A DNA stretch of 64,000 bases, from assembly GCF_009914755.1 (NCBI RefSeq), contig NC_060930.1, one strand, 5' to 3'. Positions 1-12,676 of this stretch are shown one piece after another. Both the position numbers and the translations under genes were made by a program. Under the pieces are notes generated by a model, which worked only from the letters and a program-made list of their open reading frames with translations, ran no database searches and was not told where the DNA came from. How positions within the stretch are numbered: the first letter of the stretch is position 1; every line of letters begins with the position of its first letter. Origin of the DNA: the human T2T-CHM13v2.0 reference genome, Homo sapiens.

Positions 1-139
1 GGCCTTCATGATGAAATGGAAAATATTGATTTGTGATCACCCCACTATAGATCAATCCAAACACATGGATTTTGTGCTTTGTTTTATTTAAAGGGCCCAA
101 TCAAAGATTTCTGTTTTGCTTTATATTCAAAGCTTCAGG

Positions 140-380
140 TCAGTGTTTCCCAGATTTCAATGTACATAAGAATTCCTTGGAGTGTTTATTAAAAATGCAA
201 ATTCAAGAGCAAGCAAAACTAATATTTCACGAAGAAAATCAGAATAGTGATTATGACTGGGAGGGGCATGAAGGAACTTTCTGAAATATGTAAAATGCAA
301 CACTTTGCTACATGTGTTTTATTTCATAGTTACAATTTTTAACAAAAACAAACACATTTTTAAAATGCAAACTATTGGGC
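140..380 (+). mobile_element. Ancient MER5-like hAT fragment interrupted by an old L1M 3'-end fragment
   Basis: MER5-like 'tgtacataagaattccttggagtgtttattaaaaatgcaaattc' is followed by L1M-like 'gcaaaactaat...cagaatagtg...gactgggaggggcatgaaggaactttctg'. 'aaaatgcaaa' recurs at about 192 and 362. Highly diverged. Confidence 0.35.
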
Positions 381-1644
381 TATGCCATAGGGGAAAAAAA
401 TTGCCACAAGGATTGGGCCTGTTTTAATAAGGTTGGGCCTGTTGTTGGCTGGAATAAACTTATCTATCAAATATCAGCCATGAATAACAGAAAAAGGGCA
501 ACAGATTTTAACTTGCTTCTAATCTTTTTGAAAGCCCCCACTCAAGCCTATTTTTATAGCAAGCAAAATCTCTGCTGGTTCTTTCTACAGTGATCTCAGA
601 AACTGTTACCTTATGAAGGCATCCAAATTAGTCAAATCTTGAAGGTTTTGTCTTTGTATAGCCAATAGACCAATAATTGGGTTGAGTTTTAGTTCTCAGA
701 AGTGCATAGTTACTGTGCTCGGGAACTGGCTTTTTAAGATTTCCTTTTATCTCTTGTCCATTTACTTTTTTAAGGTCTGCTGCAAAACCGAAACAGCTCT
801 TGTTCACATTCTAACTGAGAGAACCTATCAGTTCAGACTTAACCTCAGCAGAATGGAAGTATTTTCACACCAACTGTTATTTCACTCAGATCTCCTCATG
901 TGGTTCACTCTTTGGTGGGCCCAGTCACTCCAGGATTTTATTTCTTGCAGACATGAGCTTATGTTCAGTCCCCGGAGGATATAGTTTGGGTAATTCTTGC
1001 TGGCAACACTCTCCTAAAGCCTGTCATGAATCTCATTGCCCCATCTGCAGAATACACTTCCAGAGGAAAGCCACTAAAGTATTGCAGATGACAAATGGGA
1101 CATTCTCCTAAGCTAAGTAGAAAAACTACCCATCACCTCCCTCCATTGCTGAGTTATACACAGTGGAAATCATGTACAATGTCAAATCCACCTTGATAAA
1201 TTCCACTTGTTAACCAAGCAGAGCACCTCCAGCAATGAAAAAGGAAGGTAAAGGAGAAAAAGTGACCTCAGAACTTTTTTATGTCTCTCAGATATGAACT
1301 CTTTTGCTTTCAGATGTTAAAGTTATTAATTTCTTTCCATCTTTAACTTGGTTTGGCTCCTAGTCCTAAAATGAAGAGATGTCATTTGAGGTTTTATGCT
1401 GGTAGATTAAAAAAATCCCTCTGCACACAACAAGCACACACATTTTTGAGCAAACTACAACCAGACTCAGATGCCTACGAAATAGGATAGGCTGAATTGA
1501 GTCACAAAGTAATGAGTTTTCAGTTGTCTAGCCAAGCTCATGTTTGTCTCCTTGTTTGCTTACTCCCTGCCAAAACAGAAACATCAAAGTAACAAGAAGA
1601 TATCAGAAACTAGCACTGCTTTAAAAGGAGACACTATCTTTAGT

Positions 1645-1735
1645 TTGCTCATTTATTCAACATATATTTATGGGATGCCTACCATATGCCAGACATTGTT
1701 CTAGGCACTGAGGATACAACAGTCGTCAAGAGACC
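1645..1735 (-). mobile_element. L2 3'-end fragment
   Basis: 'catttattcaacatatatttat...cctaccatatgccagacattgttctaggcactgaggatacaacagt' is the reverse complement of the L2 tail. Confidence 0.75.
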
Positions 1736-1845
1736 TAAAAAAGCCCTGTTTTCATACTATATGAAATGTTTTATGATTCATAATATGAAAATAATAGTAA
1801 TGATGATGAGGTGGGTGATATGATACATAGTAGAATAAATATGTC

Positions 1846-2158
1846 TTTTTTCTTTTCTTTTTTTTTTTTTTTTTTTAAGACGGAGTCTCACTCTGTCACC
1901 CGGGTGGGAGTACAGCGGCAGGATCTCGGTTCACTGCAAGCTCCACTCTGATGGGTTCAAGTGATTCTCCTGCCTTAGCCTCCCAAATAGCTGGGATTAC
2001 AAGTGCATGCCACTACGCCCAACTAATTTTTTGTATTTTTAGTAGAGACAGGATTCACTATGCTGGCCAGGCTGGTTTCGAACTCCTGACCTCAAGTAAT
2101 CCACCTGCTTGGCCTCCCAAAGTGCTGGGATTACAGGCATGAGCCACCTCGCCCGGCC
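1846..2158 (-). mobile_element. AluS-type SINE
   Basis: Poly-T followed by a full antisense dimer ending gcccggcc. No clear TSD. Confidence 0.95.
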
Positions 2159-2160
2159 AA

Positions 2161-2580
2161 GTTTCTTTCTTTTTAAGGCTGAATAGTATTCTCTTTTTAA
2201 GGCTGAACAGTATTCTATTGATGTATATATCACATTTTGCTTATCCATTTATCTGCCAGTGGACACCTGGGTTGCTTCCACATTTTAACTTTTATGAATA
2301 ATGCTGCTATGAACATGGAAGTACAAATATATCTTCAAGAACCTGTTTTGAATTCTTTGGGTTATATATCCAGAAGTGGAATTGCTGGATCATATGGTAA
2401 TTCTATTTTTAATTTTTTGAGGAACCACCATATATTTTCCACAGAGGCCATACCATTTTACATTCCTACCAGTAGTACACTAGTGTTCTAATTTTTCCAC
2501 ATCCTTGGCAACACTTGTTATTTTTGGGGTATTTTGATAGTAGCCATCCTAATGGGTAGTAAGTGATATCTCATTGTAGT
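2161..2580 (-). mobile_element. Old L1 (L1MA/MB-type) 3' fragment
   Basis: 'aaggctgaatagtattc...gaataatgctgctatgaacatg...agaagtggaattgctggatcatatggtaattctatttttaattttttgaggaacc' is the antisense end of L1 ORF2. Confidence 0.85.
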
Positions 2581-2640
2581 CAAACTGTGTTTTTATATTA
2601 CTGTAAATGTTATACTCAGAAGAAAATAGAGATGACTTGT

Positions 2641-2828
<188 letters not shown>

Positions 2829-3525
2829 TGAGGCTAAATGAATATGGATGTAGATCTATGGTATGTAATCACCTGTAGCTTTCCCCAGTCCTTCACCAGG
2901 AGTGCCTATTGAACTTTCTCAAACCCTTCAGGTAAGCTAATCAAAAATTAGAAATCTAGAGTCCCTTCCCTTCATGATACCTGCCATACCAGCTCAGGGT
3001 CCAGACAAAATCCTTTTCTTGTTCTTGTCACCCACAACAACAGACACAATATTTTACTGTCTAGAGCACAATTTTCTCCATACATAAGATTATTATTGAA
3101 GAGAACAATAGGAATGCAATCTGTAAAATGGGAATTTTAGGCCCAAGTAGTTAACTCACTACTTAGCTTCCAGGCTCTGAGTGGGTGATAGAATAGGCAA
3201 TTTTCAGCCTCCCGAACTCCCCACAATAAATCAAACTTTTTATATGTCAACAACTTCTTACCTTGAACTGTGTAATTATCACATCAAGTCCATTTCACTT
3301 CTTACTGTCACTATTGTTCACTTGTCTTTAGGAAATACTCAAGGTACCCATCATGAATTACCCCGTGGCCATCAATGAACTCCTATTGATACAAAGATAA
3401 ATGACAATAATTTTCTAAAATAAGGCCTGTTGGCAAATGTAAATTGCTTTTCCTTAGGACCAACTATCTTTTTACAATAGTATTTACTGTACAAGCATGC
3501 ATATGAACAATGACTTCGTAAGGCT

Positions 3526-3678
3526 TTTAAATTAATCAAATTAGAATAAAATTTAAAATTCAATTCCTCAGTCACACCATATTTCAACTGTTCAACATCC
3601 ACATGTAGCTATTGGTTGCCATAGGTATGGAAATGTTTCCATCGTCACAGAAATTTCTATTTGACAGCACTGTTCTAG
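3526..3678. mobile_element. MER3/MER33-type hAT-Charlie DNA transposon fragment
   Basis: 'aaattcaattcctcagtcacaccatatttcaa...cacatgtagcta...tttccatcgtcacagaaatttctatttgacagcactg'. Confidence 0.75.
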
Positions 3679-4239
3679 GGCATTCATCTTTTTATAATTT
3701 ACTCATTTTTAGAAAAATTGGAATTGTCTATTTAAATTACATATTTTAAGGTCAATTTGATGGTATCCAACAAAGTTAGTGCCAAGACATTTCTGGGGCA
3801 GCTTTTGGGGGATTTGCAGTGCCAATAGAAAGAAGAGGTAAAGTAAATCCTAAAAGGCCTTCTTAATGCATGATATTTTGCTATCAATAAACTATAACAG
3901 TTAATGCACAGTTGTGGGCATCTTTGGATAACACCTGATCAAGTCCACCTGGGACTATTCTCTAGTTTCTTAGTAGCTGAGGCAAAGAGGTAGACATAGG
4001 GCCTGAGAGGGTGGTAGCTACAAAAGTATATATCTGAATCAAAAAATAAATAAAAGAGCTACATGATCCCATAACAATGGGATGGTGTACAAGGAAATGA
4101 AATTGTTTATTGATGATGTGTTATTGTCATTGATTCTTATTCTGAATGGTAGGACCAGGGACATTTAATAAATTTAAACAGAAACTTATGTTGATTTCTT
4201 GACAAATGATTTGGTACATAATATTTTTCCTTTTATAAA

Positions 4240-5170
4240 CTTTTCTGTTAGTAACCTGAATATAGCTAAAAAATTCAAATAGCATCAAAATCCTTATAAT
4301 GACAAAATAATAATCTCAGGTTCCACGCCCTCTGACTCTCCAGCCCAGTTTCCTAGAGACAACTATCTAGAGCTTTTTAATTTGCTGCTTTTGGCAGCTA
4401 TTCCCAAATCCCCAAATAAAATGCTATCTGGCCATTCTTTTATTTATCAGTTTTAGACATCATTCATTAACTTTCTTATTATGTTAGATGATTTAGTTAT
4501 ATGTAGGCAATAACTACTCTTATATCTCAAAGGATGCTAATGTTTGTGTTTTCTCTTTTGAAATTCCTTTTCTGTTCTGTGAACTGTCTCTATTTTTTCC
4601 TGGGCCTTTTTAGTCTCTTTTTTGGATTTTTCTTTTATTTGTTTGTTTTCCCCACTGTTTGTTTATGTTAGAGGCTTTTCTCAAATGTCTGAGTTTGGGT
4701 TGATTCCTCATATTTACAAGTGATCACCAAAACCTATGTAGCTTGTTGACAGTCAGCTTTTGCTTTAGGTGGATCAGACAGAGAGCCAGCTCTTGCATTA
4801 GGGGCTGCTGGAATGTCTTGTCTCCAGAGCCACTCAGCTGCTCCAAGGAAAATACATTCAGTCTTCTGCTTGGGAGTGCAATTCCTGATTACAGGTGCTC
4901 TCTATATCAGAAGGGTTTGTCCAGTTGTTCCAAATACACAATCAACCCATTATATCAAGTTCTAGGCTTCACTTCCATGTTTCCACTCTCATTCCTGCTC
5001 CACTCTTGAACCTCTCCCAAGTTCTAGGAGGCAAATGTGCTCCTTCTTAGTCATTCTTTTCTACATTTAATAAGGTTTCAACTTTCTCCTACTTCATCAG
5101 CTATCATTATTCCTTCTCCTTTTGTTCTCCAGAAACAAAAAGAATAGAAGTTCTTTCTATTATTGTAGAT
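4240..5170 (-). mobile_element. Very old L1-related (HAL1/L1ME-like) relic
   Basis: T-rich tract with 'gttagaggcttttctcaaatgtctg...tcatatttacaagtga', resembling recalled HAL1/L1ME sequence. Boundaries are approximate. Confidence 0.35.
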
Positions 5171-5218
5171 TTCTAGAGACTTTTTTCGTTACTAGTATTC
5201 CACCCCACGCCCTACTGC

Positions 5219-5510
5219 TTTTGTTTGTTTGTTTGAGGCAGAGTCTCTGCTGCTCAGGCTGGAGTGCAGTGGTGTGATCATAGCTCACCGCAGCTTTAAA
5301 CTCCTGAGCTTAAAGGAATCCTGTCTTAGCCTTCTGAGTAGCTGAGACTACAGGCATGCACCACCACACCTGGCTAATTTTTAAATTTTTTTGTAGAGAT
5401 GAGTCTTGCTATGTTGCACAGGCTGGCCTCAAACTCCTGTCCTCAAATGATTCTCCCACCTTGGCCTCCCAAAGTCCCAGGGTTACAGGCAAGAACCACC
5501 ATGTCCAGCC
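5219..5510 (-). mobile_element. AluJ
   Basis: (TTTG)n tail and diverged dimer with J diagnostics 'gatcatagctcaccgcagc' and 'gtcttgctatgttgc'. Confidence 0.93.
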
Positions 5511-5699
5511 TCTTAATTAATATTTAAACATAGTCTCTGGAAAGAGAGGATACAAGTATTTGTGGTCAGCCCACCATCTTTAAAAATAAGTCATGGTAAT
5601 GTTTTCCAGTGGTAACCATCATACTATGTTAAAGTTTGTCTATTTTAAATTTTTTCCCCATATTTTAGATTAGAGTTTTCTTTTAGCTAGACATGTTGG

Positions 5700-5913
5700 A
5701 ACTACCATGGATTTTAAAGTCAAACAGACTAGTATTATAATCCTGGTTTTACTACTTATTAGCCATATACTATTGGAAAAGTTATCTAGTCTCTCTAAAC
5801 CTCCTTCTTATAATAGGAATAATAATATTTATCTTGAAGATGTTTCATGAGAATTAAATGAAACAAAACCTGTGAAGTATATAAAACAGTTCCTGGCACA
5901 TAGTAGGAACTCA
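5700..5913 (+). mobile_element. MIR
   Basis: Core 'aagtcaaacagact...aagttatctagtctctctaaacctc' and tail 'cctggcacatagtagg'. Confidence 0.8.
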
Positions 5914-5994
5914 TTATCTTTATTAAGTTTGTGAGTTATTTGTTATTACAAACAAATTGCTTTTAACTCAGATATCAAATAATCAGACTCTGTA

Positions 5995-6269
5995 GCTTAG
6001 ATACCACTTTTTCCAGGAAGCCTTCCTGATTTAAGATTTGGATAGAGATGCCGTATTTGTGCTCCTGCAGCACTCGTCATTGACTATTATAACACCTCTC
6101 AGTCAGACTGTCATGGAATTGCTTGCTTAATTCTCTGGTCTTTCCTATTAGATTGTAAATTCCATGTGAATTGGGACCTAGTCTATATTGTTCATTTTTG
6201 TCTCCCATGCCTGTCACTATGCTTGGCACAGAGTTGTACTCAATAAATACTTGTCGAATGAACAAATAA
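5995..6269 (+). mobile_element. L2 3' end
   Basis: 'tccaggaagccttcctga...tagattgtaaattccatg...cttggcacagagttgtactcaataaatacttgtcgaatgaa'. Confidence 0.85.
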
Positions 6270-7250
6270 TACCATTCTACTTTTATAAAACTGGCTATAT
6301 TAGATTTTTTTGATGTAAAGTGTATTCTGTGCTTTAAGTTTCTTCTGCAAGATGAAATTTCTTATGGTACTATTTAGGAAGATAGTAGAATAATCGTCAA
6401 ACAACCAAAATACACAAACTTGGAGGAACATAAAAATTGAGTATCAAAATGACCCTGTATGAAAGGCAAATTCAGTTAAAGCAATCAACCCCTCTTTCCC
6501 CCTCCCCTCCGTGACTGAGCACTGAGGCTTTGTAGCTAAAGGAAATGCAACAATTCATTCAGAAATCAGTATCCATTTTGCTTTTGTTACTGCTTCAAAG
6601 TCAAGTTTCCACTTAATTGCTCTGAAATGTAAATAATTCCTCAGTCAAAAAACAAACAACAGCAACAACAAAAAGCCCACCACAGTCTCTGGATGGTTTC
6701 AATTTGGTGGCAATGCCTGAGGCTATAAATAGACTGCTTCTAACCCAACAAATGAGTTTCCATTTCTCTTTTTGGAATGCTTTCTTCCTTAACCCCTTAA
6801 CCCCACCATTTGGATAGACCTGCCATCATCAACTAAAGGAATAGTTAGGAGAAATGGGATCCCTTTGTGGTTCTTGTCTCTGAAGGAGGAGGGATTCTGC
6901 TGGTCTTGAATTAACTCCTAAAATACCTAGAAGAATTAAAATCTTGGCCGTTCAATCTATTTCAACTTATTAATAATCATAGAGCTACTGAATGTGGTTG
7001 CAGTAAGACTGAAGCCCAGTCTTTATACATCCCACCACTGTGTTTGGTAGAATCATTGAGATTGGGGCTTTGTTGTTGATGCTATTGTTATTACCTTTGT
7101 TCTTTTCGATTGAAAATAATCTTAGTGATCATCATTCTAAACATTTCATTTTAACAGATGAAAAAGCTGAGGCCCAAAGACCTTAAGACTTATTAAAGGT
7201 CAATTTCAAATCTATATAATAATAACAACAATAAGAAATCTCACTAAACA

Positions 7251-7500
7251 AGCCAGGCACGGTGGCTCACACCTGTGGTCCCAGCACTTTGGGAGGCTGA
7301 GGCAGGTGGACTACTTGAGGTCAGGAGCTCGAGACCAGCCTGGCCAACATGGCGAAACCCTGTCTTTACTGAAAATATGAAAATTAGCCAGGCATGGTGG
7401 TGCACACCCATAATCCCAGCTACTCAGGAGGCTGAGGCAGAAGCCTCAGCACTCCAGCTTGGGCAGCAGCAAGAGTCTGTCTCAAAAAAAAAAAAAAAAA
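7251..7500 (+). mobile_element. AluS with right-arm internal deletion
   Basis: TSD (aa)gaaatct(c/t)actaaaca at 7233-7250 and 7499-7516, poly-A tail. About 55 nt of the right arm is missing. Confidence 0.95.
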
Positions 7501-8129
7501 GAAATCTTACTAAACAGAAATAAGTTCTTATAAACAGATAAAACTTAATTGTATTTGAAATATTACCTTTAAGTTATTTATATATATTTAAATGTATATG
7601 ATTCAAGTACCAAAATTTGATGCATTAGTTTAGACCACAGTAAAATATCAGTTGGTTTATGCATACTATGGGAATTATTTACATTCAGAAATTCTTGCTT
7701 ATATATGCAGTTTAAGATGTATTTTTTTTTTCATATAGAGAAACTATAATGAATAAAGAGTAGGAGGTGAATGGCTTTTCTTCAGAGGATGTCTCTATTC
7801 TTATATCTCTATGCTTCAAGATACAGAGGCAGCAGTGGTACACACAGCAAGTCCATTTCTGAGTTGATAAAGTTGGGGGGTGCAAGGTGTGATATGAATT
7901 TTGTTTTTCTTATAGTTGCATCATTCAAAGCCTGTAGAGATATTTTGAATAGACAATGGCCTAGTGACCCTCCCAATTAATCGTATGACCTGGCAGGCCA
8001 TCAAAACACTATTTGCAATGTATTCACTGATAGAGTCATTGTTTTCACTCCTTTTATAAGCTAAAAGATGGTTTTGGATTAAACTTAGATTTTCTTAATT
8101 TATTAGAATCATTTCTGCTTTACCAGTAG

Positions 8130-8469
<340 letters not shown>

Positions 8470-9017
8470 CATTTATTGAATTTTTAATCAAGGGCCTGCC
8501 TATCCATGATCAAAATTTTAATATAATGATAGTTTTCAGGAAAACAGTAATTCTTACTTAACCTAATGAGTGGCTCTCTTTGTAAGAAAGCTAAACATTG
8601 TGTGCAAGGGCATGAGTTTGTGAATAGCTGTTGCAGAATATTATCCCAAAGGTGGCAGAAAATCAATCACTTCATAAGTACACCAATTTGTACAGTGATT
8701 AGGCTACTGAGATGGACCTAAGCATTCATTTTTCAGTGGGATTGAAGTGCTAATGCTGAGCAATAAAGCCTCCTACTGGGTAGACTCTCATTATCTTAGA
8801 GATGATCTTTTTAGTTTTTCAGGAAGCTGGACCTAGTTAAAATCCTCTTGTAATTTTTATTTTCGAAGGTTCATAAATAATTTCTGTATCCTTTGTATTT
8901 GATTGTTCAAAAATGAATGTACAGAAATATTTTGTCTTTTCCTAGTTAAAATTTGTCGATGATATTCAGTCCCAACATTCTCCATTCCTAACTATTAATA
9001 CATATTCTGAATGGATT

Positions 9018-9560
9018 GTTTCAGTGAGGATACTATGTGTCGCAAATAACAAAATCCGATAATAGGGGCTTAAATAATCGAGCAATTTATTTACATAGAA
9101 ACAGAAAAGTCCAGAGGGTGGGTGAACTTCAGGCAGTCCAGAAGGACTCCGGGCCCTATTTTTTTGCAAGTTTTTACAGATCTGCCCTGCTCTATTGGCA
9201 TTCTGTGACTGGCTACCTGCATGGTTTTATTACAGCTTCCAACACCAATGTCTTTTATACTTTCTCATCCATATCAGCTGTGGGTTTTCTCATCCATATC
9301 AGCTGTGGGTTGCAGAGAAAGGGGCAGAGAAACTGGAAAAGTAAGAATCTTTTTGCCACAAGCAATTAGACAAGAGTCCTGACCTTTGGTTTAACTGAAT
9401 GATCCTTAATCAATCACACTAGCCAGAGCTTGTCATTCCCTGATTGATTAAGGTTACCAAAGCCCATGTTTGCAGGGGTGGGTGGAGAGATCAATCCCAT
9501 CTAAACTCATCTTGACCACAAAATTGGGGACAGGTAGAGTGGATGTTGTTGAGACAACCT
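9018..9560 (-). mobile_element. Old MaLR LTR (MLT1 family)
   Basis: 'gtcgcaaataacaaaatccga...ggcttaaataa...atttatt...agaaaagtccagagggtgggtgaacttcagg' resembles the antisense MLT1 3' end. Confidence 0.55.
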
Positions 9561-10034
9561 TAATTTTCTCCACATTGAGCAAGTAGGAAATGAATTCATT
9601 TTATATTATTTGCATTCTAAAATCTGAGAGATGTAAGGGTAAAATTAACATTTAATATGATGGTCCCAACACTCATTTTGCTACAGTAAATTAAGAGAAG
9701 GCATTATCATTCATCTTCTTGGTAGGTTTATATAAAATTCTTTCTTTTGCTGCAACTCCATCTCTTTTTTCACTATGGAGAGAATGTTGAAACACTGAGT
9801 TGTAGAAAAAAACTAAAATCTGTTTCATTTTATTGTCATCATACTTTTCTTGCGTCCAATTTAACTGGCTACAATGTAGCAGAAGTCATGACGTGGTTGA
9901 GAACCTTTATATTTTAGGTATAGTAGCAACTACTGGTTGTAGATGGTATGAATGATTGCTGTATCAGACATAGACTAGACCAAAAGAGAAATATGAAGTA
10001 CTGTTTTTTTTTTAATGTTTTCTAAGCTTGACAT

Positions 10035-10230
10035 AGGGTAGTAAAAAGAGTGCAAGATTTGAAGCAGCATGCCCGCTTAAGGACATGGGCAAAGACTGGG
10101 CGAGTCATTTTACTTCTCTGAGTTTCAGAGACATAAAAATACTTAACGTACCTACTGTGCAAGAGGTTGTCGAAAGTTTAAAAGAGATCATTTATATGAA
10201 TATGTTTTTTAAACTGTGAAGTGCTATACA
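10035..10230 (+). mobile_element. MIR fragment
   Basis: 'ctgggcgagtcattttacttctctgagtttcag' core and 'aaactgtgaagtgctataca' tail. Confidence 0.6.
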
Positions 10231-11602
10231 GATTTCAGTATGAATTAGAAGTTAAATATTACTATTGGAGACTGAGAGCGCCTGGCGGGTAGTACTGATT
10301 GTTTATCTACCTTCCTTTAGTGTCCAGCAGTATCCTACCAGTATTTGTCTAGCAACAACTCTTTGTCAAATAAATAATAACATGAAAATAATAACAATAA
10401 GGTTGACAATGGTAATTAGGGAAAATATTGTATGTATTGGAGAAAGTGAATTAAATAGAAGGAAGAAAGTATATTGGATAAAAGGTTTAAAATACTCAAA
10501 AAACTGAGTCTCAGAATTGGAGTTAATAATCTATCAACAAAACAGTGAATGCATCCCAAATTCCATTATGCCACTGGGCTATCCACTGTTTTACTAAAAG
10601 TTTGCAGCTTAGATTGTTAGAAGATTTTGCGCCTTTGGGAAATCATCTCTAACTTTTAAAGGATATCAAAGAGAAATGAGATTAGCTTTTAAGCTGAATT
10701 TGCTGGAAGACACCTATACCATTTAGCAAAAATATACCTGTATTTTCATACTCTGGATGCAGCTAGAGAATTTACACTATGGATGAAGTTCTTATAAATC
10801 TCTAAAAAAGAAAGAAAAATCTTTGCTATTTCAAGTATGCTCTGTAGTTCTATAAAAATTAATGATACTCTTCATAGAAAACATGATGCTTTAGGCACAT
10901 GTGTTTTTACTCTAAAACTTCTTTCTGTAACTAAATGCAATTAGTTGTCACATGCCCCTGATTTACTCCCATCTACAAGCACCACAAATTGTGCTAGGAT
11001 GTACATAGAATGCACAATTAGCTATAATTCCTGCTGAATTGGGGTAGGGGAGGAGTTTCTCCCCACAAAATTTTCAGCAAAGCATCTTCTGAGAACTGCA
11101 ATAGATAACTGACAAATTCCAGCTACAAATCTTGGAAACTGTACTATTAGGAAGCAGCACTTTAACTGATGGTCTGGTATTTCCAAAAGATAATGTCACC
11201 ATGACATTTTCAGTCTTTTAATATCCTTTTATTGAGTCCCTTTCGTCTCATCTTAAAGCTGGAGCCACTTGAGCTAGAAGAGCTGAAATGCATTTTTGTT
11301 GTTCACTCTGTTCTTGTTTTGCCTAACTGACTGGGCCTTCACGGGCTCATCCCCCGGGTTCTTAGTGGGAGGCATCTTGCTGTCTCTGTCACTGCAACAA
11401 AGATATTGCTTGTTGCAAAATAAGAAAATGTTCCCTCTGCCATGGCTCTGTCTGGAGTAGAGAAATACCTATCACTAGTCCTCCTGGGTTGAACTCCCAA
11501 GCTCATTCCAAGTCACCCTAGAAGTAATGGAGGGCAGCAAAGCTTCCAAGTGTTTATCTCCCTTATAGATTCAAATGGGTATTCTTGGCCAAGATTATTA
11601 CA

Positions 11603-11739
11603 TGTGTGTGGCATTTGCCATATATACATACACACACATATATATATACACACACGTATATATATATCTCTCTCTATATATACACACACGCACACATATA
11701 CACACATCACCCAGACATATATATGTAATATTATATATT

Positions 11740-11770
<31 letters not shown>
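11603..11770. repeat. Compound (TA)/(CA)/(TG)n microsatellite
   Basis: Directly visible, with a pure (TG)n run at about 11742-11770. Confidence 0.95.
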
Positions 11771-11772
<2 letters not shown>

Positions 11773-12004
11773 GGTGTCTAACTAATTTACCATATAGGAG
11801 GGCTATGCTAAAAACTAAAAATCATCTCTATTCAGAAAAGAACATAGTCAAACTAAGATAAACATTTTAATTGTTTATTTTCTTTCCTACTTTATTACAT
11901 GAGTTGTTCCCATGGTTGGTGATCCATAATCTCAATGTCACAATCATCCCTTTGTCATAGTTCTCTCAATTGCTCATTTCTCTCTCTTCTAGATAAATTT
12001 ATTT

Positions 12005-12050
12005 TATTAACAAGGGTTCCAGAAAAATAGAACCAATAGAATGTGTGTGA

Positions 12051-12094
<44 letters not shown>

Positions 12095-12396
12095 AGAGAG
12101 ACAGAGAGATTGATTTGTTATAAGGATTTGGTTCATGCAGTTATACAGGCTAGCAAATCCAAATCCAAGGCTGGAGACCCAGGAGAAACTATGTAGCAGA
12201 TAAAGTCCAAAGCAGTCTTCTGCAGAATTCCCTCTTGTTCAAGGAAGCTGATCTTTTTATTCTACTAAAAGCCTTCAGCTGATTGGATGAGGCCCACCCA
12301 CATTATGGAAGACAATCTGCTTTACCCAAAGTTCACCAATTTAAATGTTAATTTTATCCAAAACAACCTCAAGTTGTCACAGAATTAACCATCACA
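12005..12396 (-). mobile_element. MLT2 (ERVL) LTR with internal (TG)n(GA)n
   Basis: Ends 'aattaaccatcaca', the reverse complement of the MLT2 start. Contains 'ttcagctgattggatgaggcccacccacattatgga'. Microsatellite at 12042-12108. Confidence 0.9.
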
Positions 12397-12464
12397 GATA
12401 TAGACAGACCTATATCTATATCTATAGATATAGATATTTATCTTTTGCACTCTCTCTTTTTATC

Positions 12465-12676
12465 TTGCTTGGGTCAAACAGACCTGAATCCAAATTCCTG
12501 CCCCAACAATTAAGTATTACTCGTGTCATGTTATGGAACCTCCACAAGGGTCAGTCTCCTCCTTTTTACAATGGAGGTACCATAGCTATTTCTTAAGATT
12601 ATTTTAAGGGTAATTGAGGTTATACATATAAAGCACCTGGTACCATGTCTGACACATAGTAAATACTAAACAAATG
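12465..12676 (+). mobile_element. MIR
   Basis: 'gggtcaaacagacctgaatccaaatt...tataaagcacctggtaccatgtctgacacatagtaaatact'. Confidence 0.7.

Noticed and set aside
11513-11861. Overlapping ORFs rich in YI/HT/CV repeats
   Set aside because: They are translations of the dinucleotide microsatellite.
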